DNA of 64,000 bases from Rhodosorus marinus CCMP1338. Its lineage: Eukaryota; Plantae; Rhodophyta. The notes under the pieces are model-generated. The model saw only the letters and a program-made list of their open reading frames with translations, did not search any database and had not been told where the DNA came from. The position numbers and the translations under genes are program-made. Every line of letters starts with the position of its first letter. The stretch's first letter is position 1. Positions 1-11,379 of the stretch are shown piece after piece. The stretch covers positions 2,852,001-2,916,000 of the forward strand of contig JAMWBK010000005.1 in NCBI GenBank assembly GCA_029953675.1. Direction: 5' to 3'.

Positions 1-116
1 CTCGCGACTGGGGTGTCGACCATGTCGTCGAGTAGCGACAGCGAATCCTCGCTATCCTTCAAGGGCACAGATCGGCTGCCCACACCTTTGTTATCGCTCG
101 CCCTTTCCTCCTCCAT
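1..116 (-). CDS. Probable 5' part of a gene running off the left edge (MEEERASDNKGVGSRSVPLKDSEDSLSLLDDMVDTPVA...); a possible upstream hydrophobic exon at 189-428
   Basis: Open frame from ATG at 116 to the window edge. It is preceded by G/T-rich leader-like sequence and an AT-rich island (640-1340), as for other minus-strand genes here. No recognisable domain. Confidence 0.35.
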   Translation of the reverse strand, partial: MEEERASDNKGVGSRSVPLKDSEDSLSLLDDMVDTPVA

Positions 117-1379
117 CCGCACCAAAGCTCCCGCCCAACACAGATCGAAACATAAAAACCCAACTCACTAAAGAAAACCACTAAACCATCAAACCACACC
201 CATCGATTTACGCTTCACACAGGGACTACCACGCTCCTCCCTCCCAGGCACCCACACAACAAATGCTCGCCAGAAAACGTCCCCAATACCCAGACCAGCT
301 CTTTCGATCCCATGCACAAATACCAGTTCCAACTCAAATCCTCCTCCTTGGCACTGCAACACTCCTCCCCCCCCCCACCTCCCCAACCCCAAAACCACAA
401 CCAGTACCAAAATCCAAACAAACGACAAAAAAAGGGCCCTTAAGATTTAAAACCAAAATGGATTGAAATATCACAGCAGCTTTTTTGTTGCTAACTGTTT
501 TGCGGTCATGCACTAAACGTCTTGGTTCCCTATAAGAGTTAAGAGCTCCCTCCGAACCAAACCAGTCTTCACCTTTCTCCTTCCTTTCCCTCCCCCTCTT
601 CATCCGTGGTCCATCGATAAAAACTCCTAAAAATAAAAATAAAACACAAAACATCATCAACACATAAATCAATATTATCTTGACTACTTTTCAGTCAATA
701 TCATAGGATCATGTGCCCGATTCGGTGCATCCGTTTTTTCTACGTCAAAACATATTTATTGTTGTATTGACTGAATATAGTCAATATTATGGGTTCTTCT
801 TTTAGAGTCTGGCTTATACTTGTACATAATTTATTCTGAAATACATTTTAACGTTGGGACGCGGGAACAGTGTGAAATATACATAAAATTTGGGGGTATA
901 TATTTGAGTTGGGATAAATAGGGGGGTATATTTGGATGACTTTCCGTTCACTATAAGCTCTTCATTATTGAATTATCGATCATTGTCGGGGCTTAGAGAG
1001 AGATATATAAGAGGGGTATATTTCGGCAAAAATAAGTAATGAATTTAGTTTGTTTTTGCGCCGATTTTGATATGGTCTGAAACGGCTGTTTTCTCTTTCT
1101 TGATTTCTGGTTTATTCAGGTGAGGGATGCTGGATATATCTATTTATTCTTAAATTTAAGATGTTTAGGGAAATATGAATTGTTAAATATTTAAAAATAG
1201 AGGCATGTGAGTAAAAATATGTGTAAATTTTACCTCCGCGAGAGTGTAAGTATAATTTATCTTATTTTAATATTCATAAACAGCATCCAGGTTTGGCTTT
1301 TCTTTTGAAATTATGAGGTAGGTTCTGAACGCTGAAAATGCTTTGAAAATGCTTTGAAATGGGAGTTCGAGTAGGCAGC

Positions 1380-2660
1380 TTGCAGTGAAACGTTTGTATG
1401 GCTTTGGAAAGGGTGATTTGGTAGCGCTGGGTTGGATTGATTCATACTCCGTACTGAGACGTCAGCAGCGTCAGACGAGCTGGTCATTTAGGCTCAACTG
1501 CTCCGATTGTGGTCAACTGCTCCATTCAACGGCTCCGTTGACCACACTCGGAGCACTTCTGCACGTCAGAAAGGAGTGCCGTGAGCCAGAGGAACAAGCT
1601 ACGACGAAGTAGTTCCACGCAGGGGTGGTGACGAACACAAGTCAGACATCCCTTTTCGGCACACACCCAGGTTCGCCCCACGACTATGAGCTGGGGTCTT
1701 TGATCTTTTATCCGTCGAACAAGAAGTTTTCCGGATGTCATCGCGAAGCGATGGACGACTTGACGAGCAGAGAAGTCAAATTCGAGTTACGCTAAAATCA
1801 GGGACAAGCACACCAGCCCAATTAATTGTCTTTCCGCATCAAGAGCGGAAAAGACAAGTGGAAGAGTTCTTGCCAAAAGGACTAGTTAGGCCGCATTCAT
1901 CATCTTCCTTATCCTTTGTTCCGAGACAACAACCATGAGAGGACGAAGGCTATTCGAAACCGTGACAGCAGGCCTCTGAAACTCAGGCGGCATTAGAACA
2001 CCACAGCATAAACTCAGCGGAGAGAGGAAACGCGAATGATTCTGATCGCGACCGCGAAAAAAGTCCCGAAGCCATGCCGCGTCAGAACGCTCAACGAACC
2101 GAAGACCTCGATGACAATCTGAACAAGTCCTCAATCACTGTATGCGCACCTTTGTCTGTTCGCGGACAAGAAAGATGGCGGCCGATATCTATGTGCCGAC
2201 TACAGACGCTTATATTCAATCAGGATTCCGAACATAACCATGGGCAGTGGCCCACTGGTAGCTTCATAGACCCCGGATTAACGAGTGTTTAGACTCTGTG
2301 GGGCACCCAACTTCTATAGCAGTTATTGATCTACGCAGTGGGTATTGGCAGTTTACATCATGACAGAGCCACGGAATTCAGGCCTGCATGCTTTGTCAAT
2401 AGCTATGAAGCGAATGGTACGGCCGTCAAAGCGGCGCCAACGGAGAGCATCAATCGATTGCCATGAGTCCAGCGATATCACTCACCTTATGGAACGGATT
2501 TTCTGCCTTTTCCCGATGTAGGCATCTAAAGTGGCATAGAAGTCATCGTCGACACTTGCCCAGGACGATCAAGATCTTTTACTACGGCCTATATACTGTA
2601 TGTGCTCACTTTGAAATGCGACTCCGGCCAGAGCCGAGTGCAAAAGCTCGCACATGACAA
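1380..2660 (+). mobile_element. Degenerate Ty3/gypsy LTR retrotransposon relic (protease/RT region)
   Basis: Frameshifted RT motifs: RQVEEFLPKGLVRP (~1850-1890), (L)FADKKDGGRYLCADYRRL (~2160-2210), RINECLDSVG...IDLRSGYWQF (~2277-2355), PA...LMERIF (~2470-2500). These match the gypsy RT consensus KKDG.WRLCVDYR / RIDE.LD.L / DL.SGYWQ. Multiple stops and frameshifts. Confidence 0.75.
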
Positions 2661-2679
2661 CATGAAGCAGATCGGAAGT

Positions 2680-3180
2680 TGAGAACAAAAATTATCACGA
2701 TTCAACAGCAGATCCAGAGAAAAGAAAAACTATAAAATTCAAGGTGACAGTCTGTTGACAGACAAAAACAATCATAATTCAATATTAGATCCAAAAATAA
2801 AAAGCAAAAACAATTCGAATGCACAGTCTGTCCCAGAAAACACTATCATAATTCAATACAACATCCACAAATGAAAAGGCATTAAACTGAGCAAGGACAT
2901 TTCGTGAGGCACAAAACTACCACGATTCAAATACAGCGCTCAGAAATGAAACTTTTTAAAATTAAGGGTGACAGTCTGTCCAAACAAACCAATAGCATTC
3001 ACGATTGAATACCAAGTACAGGAACGAAAACCCATGAAATTGAAGAGGACAGTCTGTCAGCAGTCACAAAAGTATCATGATTCAATATTTAGTTTTTCAT
3101 ACCAAAAAATGAAAAGCCGTTAACACAAAATGCGACAGCCTGTCTAATTCATAATTTTATCACAATTCAATGTCTGGTCC
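2680..3180. repeat. Degenerate tandem array, 7 units of ~73-85 bp
   Basis: ATCA(C/T)(G/A)ATTCAA-like motif starts at 2694, 2771, 2845, 2919, 2998, 3074 and 3159. A GACAGTCTGT(C)-like motif recurs between them (~2746, 2823, 2970, 3048, 3134). Confidence 0.85.
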
Positions 3181-3492
3181 TTAATACGAACACCGACCGC
3201 ATGTTCCGTTTTGGATTGGTCTGACTTTGGAGTGGTGAGGACGATGCGGCCTTTTTTTGGCAAAACGATTGGTTTCCTGTATGAGCTTTGGCATGTAGTT
3301 CAATTGGTTTTACTGTGAAACTAACAGTGTTTGTGGGGAGAGGGCTGCATTTGGACTGTTGGGGAGGGAATGGATGAGAAGGCGGAGGTGGTCTTCGTGT
3401 CGTAGGCTCTGTTGTGTTTTTTAAATTTTGGTAGAGGATTTTCTGGAAGAGACGGGGAGCGGGGGAAGGGGGGAACTTGTTTCATTTGAAGA

Positions 3493-3976
3493 ATGGCGTT
3501 CGTATCGGGTGCCGGCGGGGTTCCTGGTGGACGAACGGGTGTTCGGTCAGTGTGTAATCGGCCGAGTGTGAGGATTGCGTGTAAGGCGGAGGGCAGTGAG
3601 GAAGTAGGAACTGGTCCAGCGTCTCGGCTTGCGGAGGTGGGGGAGGAGAAAGCGGGTGTTGAGGTTGCAACGGAAGCGACTGTGGAGGCTTCAGAGTCCG
3701 AGGTATGTACCGGATGCGGGAGAGTAAATTGTGATGGAAGAATTCAGGGAGGAATCGGTGCTATTCCGCTGTTTTCTTGGTGGCCGATAAAGGCGTACCG
3801 ACCTTGTCCGGAGTACATAAAGACGAAGAAGTACAAGCGCGCTGGACAGAACTTGGTGAGTAGATTGACTCAGGCCCGGGTTATTAAGCAGTTGAATCCT
3901 ATCTTACTTTTGCATGCTTACTCCATGTTAAATTCAGGCCGAAATCGGAGGATTCGTTGGCAAAGGATTCGAATGA
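3493..3976 (+). CDS. Conserved plastid-targeted protein of unknown function (Cys motif CTGCGRVNC...GRIQGGIGAIPLFSWWPIKAYRPCP), 2 exons
   Basis: MAFV transit-peptide start. The WPIKAYRPCP motif is one I recall from uncharacterised plant/algal chloroplast proteins. Intron GTGAGT (~3856) to TTCAG (3937); the last exon reads AEIGGFVGKGFE*. Confidence 0.8.
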
Positions 3977-5151
3977 GAACTGCAACTCCTGAAGACGACT
4001 AACTAGAGCATAGGTGGAGAAGTAGAACGACAGCTCAAAATGAAACCAGCTGAGGATGGCCGCCAGCTGCGCTCGGGAGGTATCTCTGGCGCTGAAACAA
4101 GTGCACTTGCGTGCAATGCTGACAGCGCTATAGATGAATATGCGCCTTCAAGTAGTTCGTTGTAGGCAACGGCTATCGGTAGTAGGTGGGCTGTACATAA
4201 AAAACAGGTTTCTCGGGACAAAAATGAAGTAACGTACATTGAGTGCGACCTCTGCTGGTCCCGAGGCGCTTCAGTCCACCGGTCGATATTTCCGCTTCCA
4301 CACCCCCACGCAGCGCTGCTCCCGCACTCCACCGCAACAATCAACCAAAATGACGGTCTCTTAGATGTGAACCGCTTACAAACCACGGTCCAGCGATCCG
4401 TCGCCCCACGAGAGGTAGTATATGGCGTTCAGGAACTGAAACTTAGTAACCGTCTGTCCATCGCATTATAAGACCACCCTCCTCCGCTCGAGACGGGTTT
4501 CGCCTCCCGTAAAAAAAAAAAAAGAAAAAGGGGAAAATTCACCGCACACGTCGTTCCATCTTCAAAACCAGCTCTGCAACAGCTGCACACCCTCCGGGGG
4601 GCCTGCCAGAAAGTCCGAAAAGCGCATAAAATAGAATCCCAAGGCTCGCCCACACGTTCCAATCATCAGATTCCCTTTAAACCAGATTGACCAATCAACG
4701 GAATCTCCACTCTAAATTTAATACTATCGAAAATATTTAAGCGAATGATCTGTATCTCTTATCCTCCGTGAGTAAACTTTGATAAATAATTTTGAAAATG
4801 GGCATATCTTTTTGGGTGTTAAAATATCCATAATACATGATATAAACCACCAATCATCAACGAGAAAGGGATGATTTGGCTGTTGCATTTTGGAAATTTT
4901 TAGTAGAGATATGATTCTTATGGAGTTTTTGAGGAGTTTTGGATTAAGATACTCATTGACTGATCGGGGGTGGTAGGAGGGGGTGGGTAGGAGGTCTAGT
5001 GGTTGCTTTGCGTAGAGTTTGAGGAAAGGATTGAGAGGAACTTGAGGTAGTGAGTGCGAGTGTGTGTATGTGTGTGTGTGGTGTGACTACTGGTGAAACT
5101 ACGAATCTATAACCTATAAGAATTCTTCTGTTTCTGTAGCCGAAAGCGACA

Positions 5152-6409
5152 ATGGCTCATTGGAGTAAATATTCGGAGGAGTTGATTGCCACGGCAAAGG
5201 CGATTGGGACACCTGGCAAGGGAATTCTGGCCGCGGATGAGTCGACGGGGACGATTGGGAAACGCTTTGCGCCGATTAACGTGGAGAACAGTGAGGCAAA
5301 TCGACGATCGTAAGAGCAAAACAAATCATAATAGATACATAACGCGGTCAGCGTCTTCCGATTTGTTTGGCATGAATGGATCTTCCAGTGGCTAACATTA
5401 TGTGCGGTGCTATTCAGGTACCGAGAGCTGCTCTTCGAGAGCGAAGGACTTGGAGACCACATATCAGGCGTCATTTTGTTTGAGGAGACTTTACACCAGA
5501 GCACTGCAGACGGGAAACCCTTTTCTACTCTCTTAAAGGAGAAAGGCGTTCTTCCAGGAATTAAGGTGGACAAAGGCGTCACCCCGATTCCTGGAACGGA
5601 AGGGGAGACTTCAACTCAGGGGCTTGACGGCCTGCTGGGTCGATGCCAGGAATACTACAAGGCTGGTGCACGGTTTGCGAAATGGAGAGCAGTTCTCAAG
5701 ATAAACAAGGAGCTTGGGCTCCCGTCCGCGCTGGCAATCCAGGAGAACGCTTGGGGACTTGCCCGGTACGCGGCAATCTGTCAGGAGGCCGGACTCGCTC
5801 CAATCGTTGAGCCAGAGATTCTGATGGACGGTACCCATACAATCGAGGAAGCTGCTGCGGCTACCGAGAAGGTTAGTACGTGTCGAGAACCTTTCTGTGC
5901 TAAGGTGAGGCTGACCATCAAAGTGGGATTTTGCAAAACAGGTTCTGGTTGGAGTTTACAAGGCACTGGCGGACAACAAGGTCCTCCTTGAGGGGAGCTT
6001 GCTTAAGCCCAATATGGTCTATGCCGGAAACGAGAGTGGTCAGAAGAACACAGCTGGTGATATCGCTTTCTATACCGTACGAACGCTGCAGAGGACGGTG
6101 CCACCTTCGGTTCCGACCATCTGTTTCCTCTCCGGTGGTCAAACAGAAGAAGACGCCTCATTGAACCTCTCCGCGATGAATCAGTTGGACGCCAAGAGAC
6201 CTTGGAGTCTAACGTTCTCGTATGGCCGGGCACTGCAGGCCTCAACACTGAAGGCGTGGATGGGCAATCTAGAGAACTTGCCAAAAGCACAAGCGGAGTT
6301 TCTGAAACGGGCGCAGGCCAACGGACTTGCAACGCTCGGAAAGTACACTGGTGGGCTCGAGGGTGCAGCTGCGGGCGAGTCCCTCGTGGTCAAAAACTAT
6401 GTCTACTAA
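5152..6409 (+). CDS. FBA: Fructose-bisphosphate aldolase class I (no transit peptide, likely cytosolic), 3 coding exons plus a 5'UTR intron
   Basis: [64 protein letters not shown] and a C-terminal Tyr. Introns at ~5310-5417 and ~5872-5941. Confidence 0.97.
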
Positions 6410-6603
6410 TAGGGCAACGCGATGATGAGGTTTCATTGCTTAAAGAGCCACGAAGTTTTATTGACTTAATCCAAAGTTAGACATTTCCTATTGTAGAATT
6501 CTACATCTATCCAGAGTACCGAATACACGGAGGGTCGACGTCAACAGTCATCATTAGCGTAAGTACAAGTCTCTCACGTCAAACAACTTTCCAATTCGAG
6601 CCA

Positions 6604-8599
6604 TCAACACCCATACACATACTCTTTTAGTCGGCTGTTCCTCGACGGGTTTCTCAACTTTTTAAGAGCTTTTGACTCAATCTGCCTGATTCTGTGGAGC
6701 AAACATAATACCGTCCGGTCAGCACCACCATCCACATCAACAGCAATTCATCAAATAACACGATGACATACCTTTCACGTGTTACCGAAAAGTGCGTCCC
6801 GATCTCCTCCAGGGTCTTTGCCTTCCCGTCGTCGAGACCGTATCTCATTCTTATTACATCCCGCTCTCGGGCGTTGAGAGTACCCAAAACCGAATCCAGG
6901 TCCTCTCTAAGAAGGCTCTTCTCCGCCTGCAGGAAACGCGGAAATTAGATCGTGTCAGTTTCTCGCAGGCACAATGTGAGCGATGGTAGGACACTCTACA
7001 TACCTTCTCCTCGGGCGATTCTCCGTTCCACTCGATGAAACTAGCCAGAGTTGTGCTCTCCTTGTCATCCGCTCCCCCGACCGGCGTCTCCAACGAGAGA
7101 GTTGAGCGTGCACACCTCAAGACGAATCGCAGTTTATCTACAGGAATCTCCATCCGGTCGGCAGTTTCCTTTTCAGATGGAGGCCTGCCAAGTTCACCCT
7201 CTAGTGCTTTCGAGACCTTTCTGACGCTCGTGCTGTTTAACAGAAAATATCGACCATTCAGAAAACTCGACCTCAAGGGGGTTGCTTTGGAAGTGCAATC
7301 TCCTTACATTGTATCGTTCACGTGCACGGGCAGTCTGATAGGACGCGAAAAGTCCGCAATAGCCCTAGTTATTGATTGACGAATCCACCAAGTTGCATAA
7401 GTTGAAAATTTAAACCCTTTGTCCGCATCGAATTTCTCGGTTCCCTTAATTAATCCAATTGAGCCCTCTTGAATGAGGTCCTGGAATGAAAGCCCTCGGT
7501 TCAGGTATTTCTTCGCGATTGAGACCACAAGTCGAAGATTTGCTGAAACCTAGTGTTCAACGAGCGGAGAATGAGACGCAAAGTTAGCGAGTCAGCGACA
7601 AGCGGAGCTAAAAACATCGCATACACCAGTCCTACCATCTTCTCCTTGGCGAGCCTCCCACAGTAAAGATTCTTCTTGAACTGATTGTAATCCAAATCAC
7701 ATTCCTGAGCCCATTCCGTATCTGTTGGACTTCTCCCAACCTGATTTTCGAATAAAAAATGCATTTTGAGCACTCCATCTCGGCCGCGTTAGATATGATG
7801 CAATCCCCTACCTTCTCAATGAACTCTGCCCGAGTCCGCTCAAGGCCGAGTAGCATCTGAATTGATCTAGCCAACTCAATTTCATTTTCCGCCTTCAAGA
7901 GCTTCGTTTTACCAATCTCCTGCAGATAGCTCTTCACAGAATCCCGAGCCTGATTCCTCTTCTTTCTTCTTCGCCTTCTACGGGATGCCCGCAGGAGCTC
8001 TTCGTCGTCATAGTCTTCATCGTCCTCGTCATCATCTCCATCTCCGGACGCGTGCTCGTCATCGTCCGAATACCCACTCCTGTCACGCAACATTCGGTTC
8101 TTGCGAATGCTCTCCAACATTTCTTGAGCGCCCTTCTCCATCTCCCGACCTGGTACACTCTCCGAGGGCTTTGTCGGACTAAGAACGGATGCTGCTGGGT
8201 TATCACCGCTACCCTCCGGGCTTGTGATTCGTACCTATTCAAGGCAGTACAATACAACGAACGCATGTAAGAAACCATGCAAAACTAATCTACAGCGCCG
8301 CCACCCTCTAACTACTTCTGGGAACTACTTACCGATCTGAGGTTGGAAGCCCGAGCCTCTGTTTGGGAAATATGACTCGGGATCCTCTGCTTCACCTGCG
8401 AAGTGGTGCTCAGGATATTTGAAACCTGAAACATCAATTCAAACACGGCATGTCAGCCATCCACTTTAAACATCAAAATCGCTGGAATCCCTTGATCGAT
8501 GCGGGCGATTCTCACCTGAGCCCGTGAGGAGCGTCTCCGCACATTTTCGTTCCTACCCGTACGCTGTCTCAACAACAGCGTACTCCCCACGAATGCCAT
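6604..8599 (-). CDS. SIG: Nucleus-encoded plastid RNA polymerase sigma-70 family factor, ~8 exons
   Basis: Transit peptide [13 protein letters not shown]. Region 1.2 [11 protein letters not shown]; region 2 [38 protein letters not shown]...[19 protein letters not shown]; region 4 [28 protein letters not shown]. Seven GT-AG introns join the frames. Confidence 0.96.
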
Positions 8600-11039
8600 C
8601 TCAAAGCCCTCCCTCAGTCGTCAAATTGAATAATTATGATAAAACAAACAAGTTGGTTTCCTCTTACTCCTCGGCCACCATCCCTGTCCTCAACAACCAG
8701 AAATCAAACACCGAGGAAGAAGCAAAACTCTTCTCCTCACCACCAACCAACCATCCCCCTCCTCCCAACCCCCCCCCCTCCCTCCCTCCCGTCGAAATGC
8801 CCCAATCCAAATCAAATGTCTTCCGAAAATGACCCCAAAAATCTCCCACCCCACCCCCAACCTTCCACCCTCCCCAAATCCTCCTGTTTCCCTTCAACAA
8901 AGCAAGAGGCTCCCTCCCTAACCGCACTCCTTTCTTCCCCAGAAGTCAAGATAGCGCAAGAAACCCTACCAAACTCAAAACGCACACTCTTCTCATCCCG
9001 AGAAACCTTGCCCGTCACTTCCATTGGAACTCCTACGTCCATGCTGGACCAAATCAACACGGCAAGAACAAACTCCCCCTCCCCCCTTACTATATGAAAT
9101 CAAAAACAAAACCGCCTCTGATATCCCTCAAAAATCTCAATTCTTATAACCCGTTGAAGTATTCTCTCGTCGGTTACCGAACCCCTAGAAGAAAACAACA
9201 TTTCCTCCCACCCCACTCCACCCTCTCCTCTTTCCCCCCCGGGGGAAAGGAATGAAGGGGGGCGGGGAGGGAAAGGAATGAGGGAGTTTTCTTTTACTTG
9301 CGAAAAATCCAAGCTAAATAAAATCTCATTTCACTCTAATCTCCACTAAAACATTACTAGAAATCAATCAATCATTTGGCATTGTGTTTCATTTGTCGAC
9401 AGGTGTCTTTCAAAAGCGTCTTATTTTCAATAGTTAATTGCAGTTTTGTTTTGAGGGGGACATCAACACCGTCGGCCCATGTTATCCAGGATCACGCCAA
9501 CACTGGAATTTGGTATGAAAATTTGAACATATATACTCACGCCAAGTCACCCCTGAACATAATTTTGTATACCATCGTCGGCCCCCATCTATCTCCCTAG
9601 TGCCGTCGGCGCACGTTTTACCGAACCCCTTAGTAGGACTTTTGAAGAGAAACGTGATATGCTGTATTTTGCGAAAAAAAAGATCTAGGAATTCGAGTAA
9701 AGAATATATGCAGGGGTAGATAAGTTTGCTATTCATAACACCACGGGGTGGTAGTCATTTGGGTCCAAGATTTTATGCAAAATGTTGAGGGTGGGGGGGG
9801 TTTGGGATACTTTTAAGAATTCACAAGCATACGTTTTTTTTTGGTCTATTGGATTATCTATCTCGGGCGAAACAGATTGGTTTATCGGCCAACTAATAAA
9901 GACGATTTACGCAGAGCGAGTCTCTTACTGGTTCCTATTGCAACGAAAAAATGTGAAAATTTAAGAATCATGCACTCAATCTCGCCTTGGCCATCCAATA
10001 ATCGTCTGGAAGATAAGATCGTAGCCATGAGCTTGCAACAAGGGACCGCAAAAACTCCATCAATAAAGGAGGGGTACGCAAATTCTTTCAAATGTAAACC
10101 TTTGATCCCGTCCCATTCAATATCATCTGAGGCCTTTTCTCACCGGATACGAACCCCCTAGATACGTTCCAAGTCAAAGAAGCCCAAAACGACTATCGTT
10201 GTGTTTTATCGAGGATCCAGCCAAGGGTTGATCGTTCGTAAGGAACGCATCAATATATATATTTCACAAAAATAATTTTGGAAGTATTTACAATCCATGA
10301 AGGCGGGAAGGAGGGGTTAAGACGATCCATATCAAGTGAGATGAGTTGAGGTCACCAAAGGCCATACTAGTTTTTGACCATTTGTCTGCCCAGACAACAA
10401 CTAGACTCCCTGCTCTTCTCAAAAACAGTTTCTAAGGGACGACTTGAAACGATCCAAAATTCCCCCCGGTTGGTAACAAAACCCAAAAAGGGGAAAATCC
10501 ATGAAGAAATAATTCATTCATCACCTTGACTTTTTCTACAAGGGAGTGGATGGAAATTGAAATTATCGAAACACTAAACAAAAAAGCCATCCAGCCAGAA
10601 TTCTTTAATTTTTCCTCTTCCTATTGGATAAATATTTTCAAAACTTTCATTCCACACGTGAAATATTTTGCCAATGAACTTCGGCTTCCATCGTCAGTAT
10701 TGTCGTTCGAGACTATGAATGGTGAGAATACTCCAATAAATACGAAAATTCTTTAGTTCTCCGACGGTCGGGACCGCGAATGGATGGAAATGTTTTATTT
10801 ATTTACGTTAAACAAAATACTTCTCCTCATGGATCAGAAACGTTCGGGTAAAGCGGACGGGCGCCAATGAGTCCACTCCGGGGCGTGTAGGGAGGAATGG
10901 GTGAGGTGAGCCTGGAGACGTTTGCCAGGATCTTTGTTCCTGCGGAAACCGAGGGCGAAGGAGGGGAGACTTTCTTCTTTCTTTTTCTTTGTTTTTTATT
11001 GTGCAAAGAATGTTTCCGTAGTTACCGTAAACCGCAGGT

Positions 11040-11226
11040 GGGCAGAGCGGAGGCGAGATATTTCTTTCAGGTTCTCGACGCAGGTTGTGCAAGACCAAAT
11101 AATCACGTGCTAGGCTCGTTTCTGTCCTTACCACAAATAAAAGAGAAAATCGCCGGGCAGTAAGGAGGCGAGACATGTCTTGTAAATTCCTGATGCAGGA
11201 TGTGGCAAGACCAAATCACCAGTGAG
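11040..11226. repeat. Two degenerate direct repeats (~70 bp, ~115 bp apart)
   Basis: GGGCAG..GGAGGCGAGA...GCAGG.TGTG.CAAGACCAAAT occurs at ~11040-11105 and ~11155-11218. Confidence 0.6.
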
Positions 11227-11379
11227 GGATGAGGGTTAGTGATTGGGTTCGGCAACCAGCTCTCTGAGTTTGGAAGGCTTCCTACTTGTTTTTAGTTCTA
11301 TTTTGTGCTCGCCGCAGCAATGATTGACCAGCGCTGAGATTTTTCGGGGTTGGGTGCTTGGGTGACGGTGCCCAGGAAC

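Noticed and set aside
2680-3180. CRISPR-like interpretation of the ~76-bp array (and of the 39093-39950 array)
   Set aside because: There are no identical 23-47 bp repeats with unique spacers and no cas genes, and the context is eukaryotic. The 'spacers' are themselves mutually similar, as in degenerate tandem repeats.
6604-8599. Bacterial contamination or recent HGT suggested by the sigma-70 gene
   Set aside because: The gene has seven spliceosomal introns and an N-terminal plastid transit peptide, as expected for endosymbiont-derived nuclear SIG genes.
8636-9097. 153-aa Pro/Ser-rich plus-strand ORF (similarly 263-466, 13831-14277, 16692-17219, 48389-48925)
   Set aside because: These arise from C/A-rich sequence antisense to G/T-rich leaders or exons of minus-strand genes. 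They have low complexity and no motifs.
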